This document shows, in pieces, positions 44,626 through 44,645 of a stretch of 44,645 bases of DNA. The notes below the pieces were generated by a model. That model did not search any database. It was given only the letters and a program-made list of their open reading frames with translations, and was not told the DNA's origin. The position numbers were made by a program, and so were the translations under genes. Each line of letters begins with the position of its first letter. Within the stretch, counting starts at the first letter, position 1. Origin of the DNA: PVC group bacterium (GTDB taxonomy: Bacteria; Auribacterota; Erginobacteria; Erginobacterales; Erginobacteraceae); assembly GCA_003561965.1 (NCBI GenBank), contig PWXJ01000162.1, forward strand, positions 1-44,645, read 5' to 3'.

Positions 44626-44645
44626 ATTCGTACTCGTACTCGTAC
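44626..44645. repeat. Hexamer micro-repeat ACTCGT family, copy 2 (cut by the window edge)
   Basis: ATTCGT ACTCGT ACTCGT AC after the frr stop. Confidence 0.75.

Overview
High-GC (roughly two-thirds GC by eye) chromosomal segment from a diderm bacterium. A PVC-like or candidate-phylum lineage is my guess only. Left part: an extended arsenic operon on the minus strand (arsR, ArsP-type permease, DUF1573 protein, Trx-CcdA fusion, small thioredoxin, J-domain protein, arsM, acr3), then treS, a short MscS gene and three tandem PAS histidine kinases. Middle: a divergent polyamine locus (pyruvoyl arginine decarboxylase and DHS-like synthase on minus; Arg-rich small ORF and agmatinase on plus), a TrkA-C membrane protein, hisG, an uncalled 29-aa bS22, a TPR lipoprotein, ispE and tRNA-Gln. 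A complete low-GC IS follows (17-bp TIRs, AAATT duplication). Right part: housekeeping run prs-rplY-pth-rpsF-ssb-rpsR-rplI-dnaB-bamA-skp-lpxC-fabZ-gnnA-like-lpxB-msbA-DUF374-rpsB-tsf-pyrH-frr. Three signals stand out. (1) At least eleven short 6/7/9-bp tandem or inverted micro-repeat arrays of several families sit exactly at gene junctions. (2) The agmatinase has no canonical start codon and appears to start at ATC directly behind an Arg-rich small ORF. (3) CATG appears absent from host DNA and occurs only in the IS.
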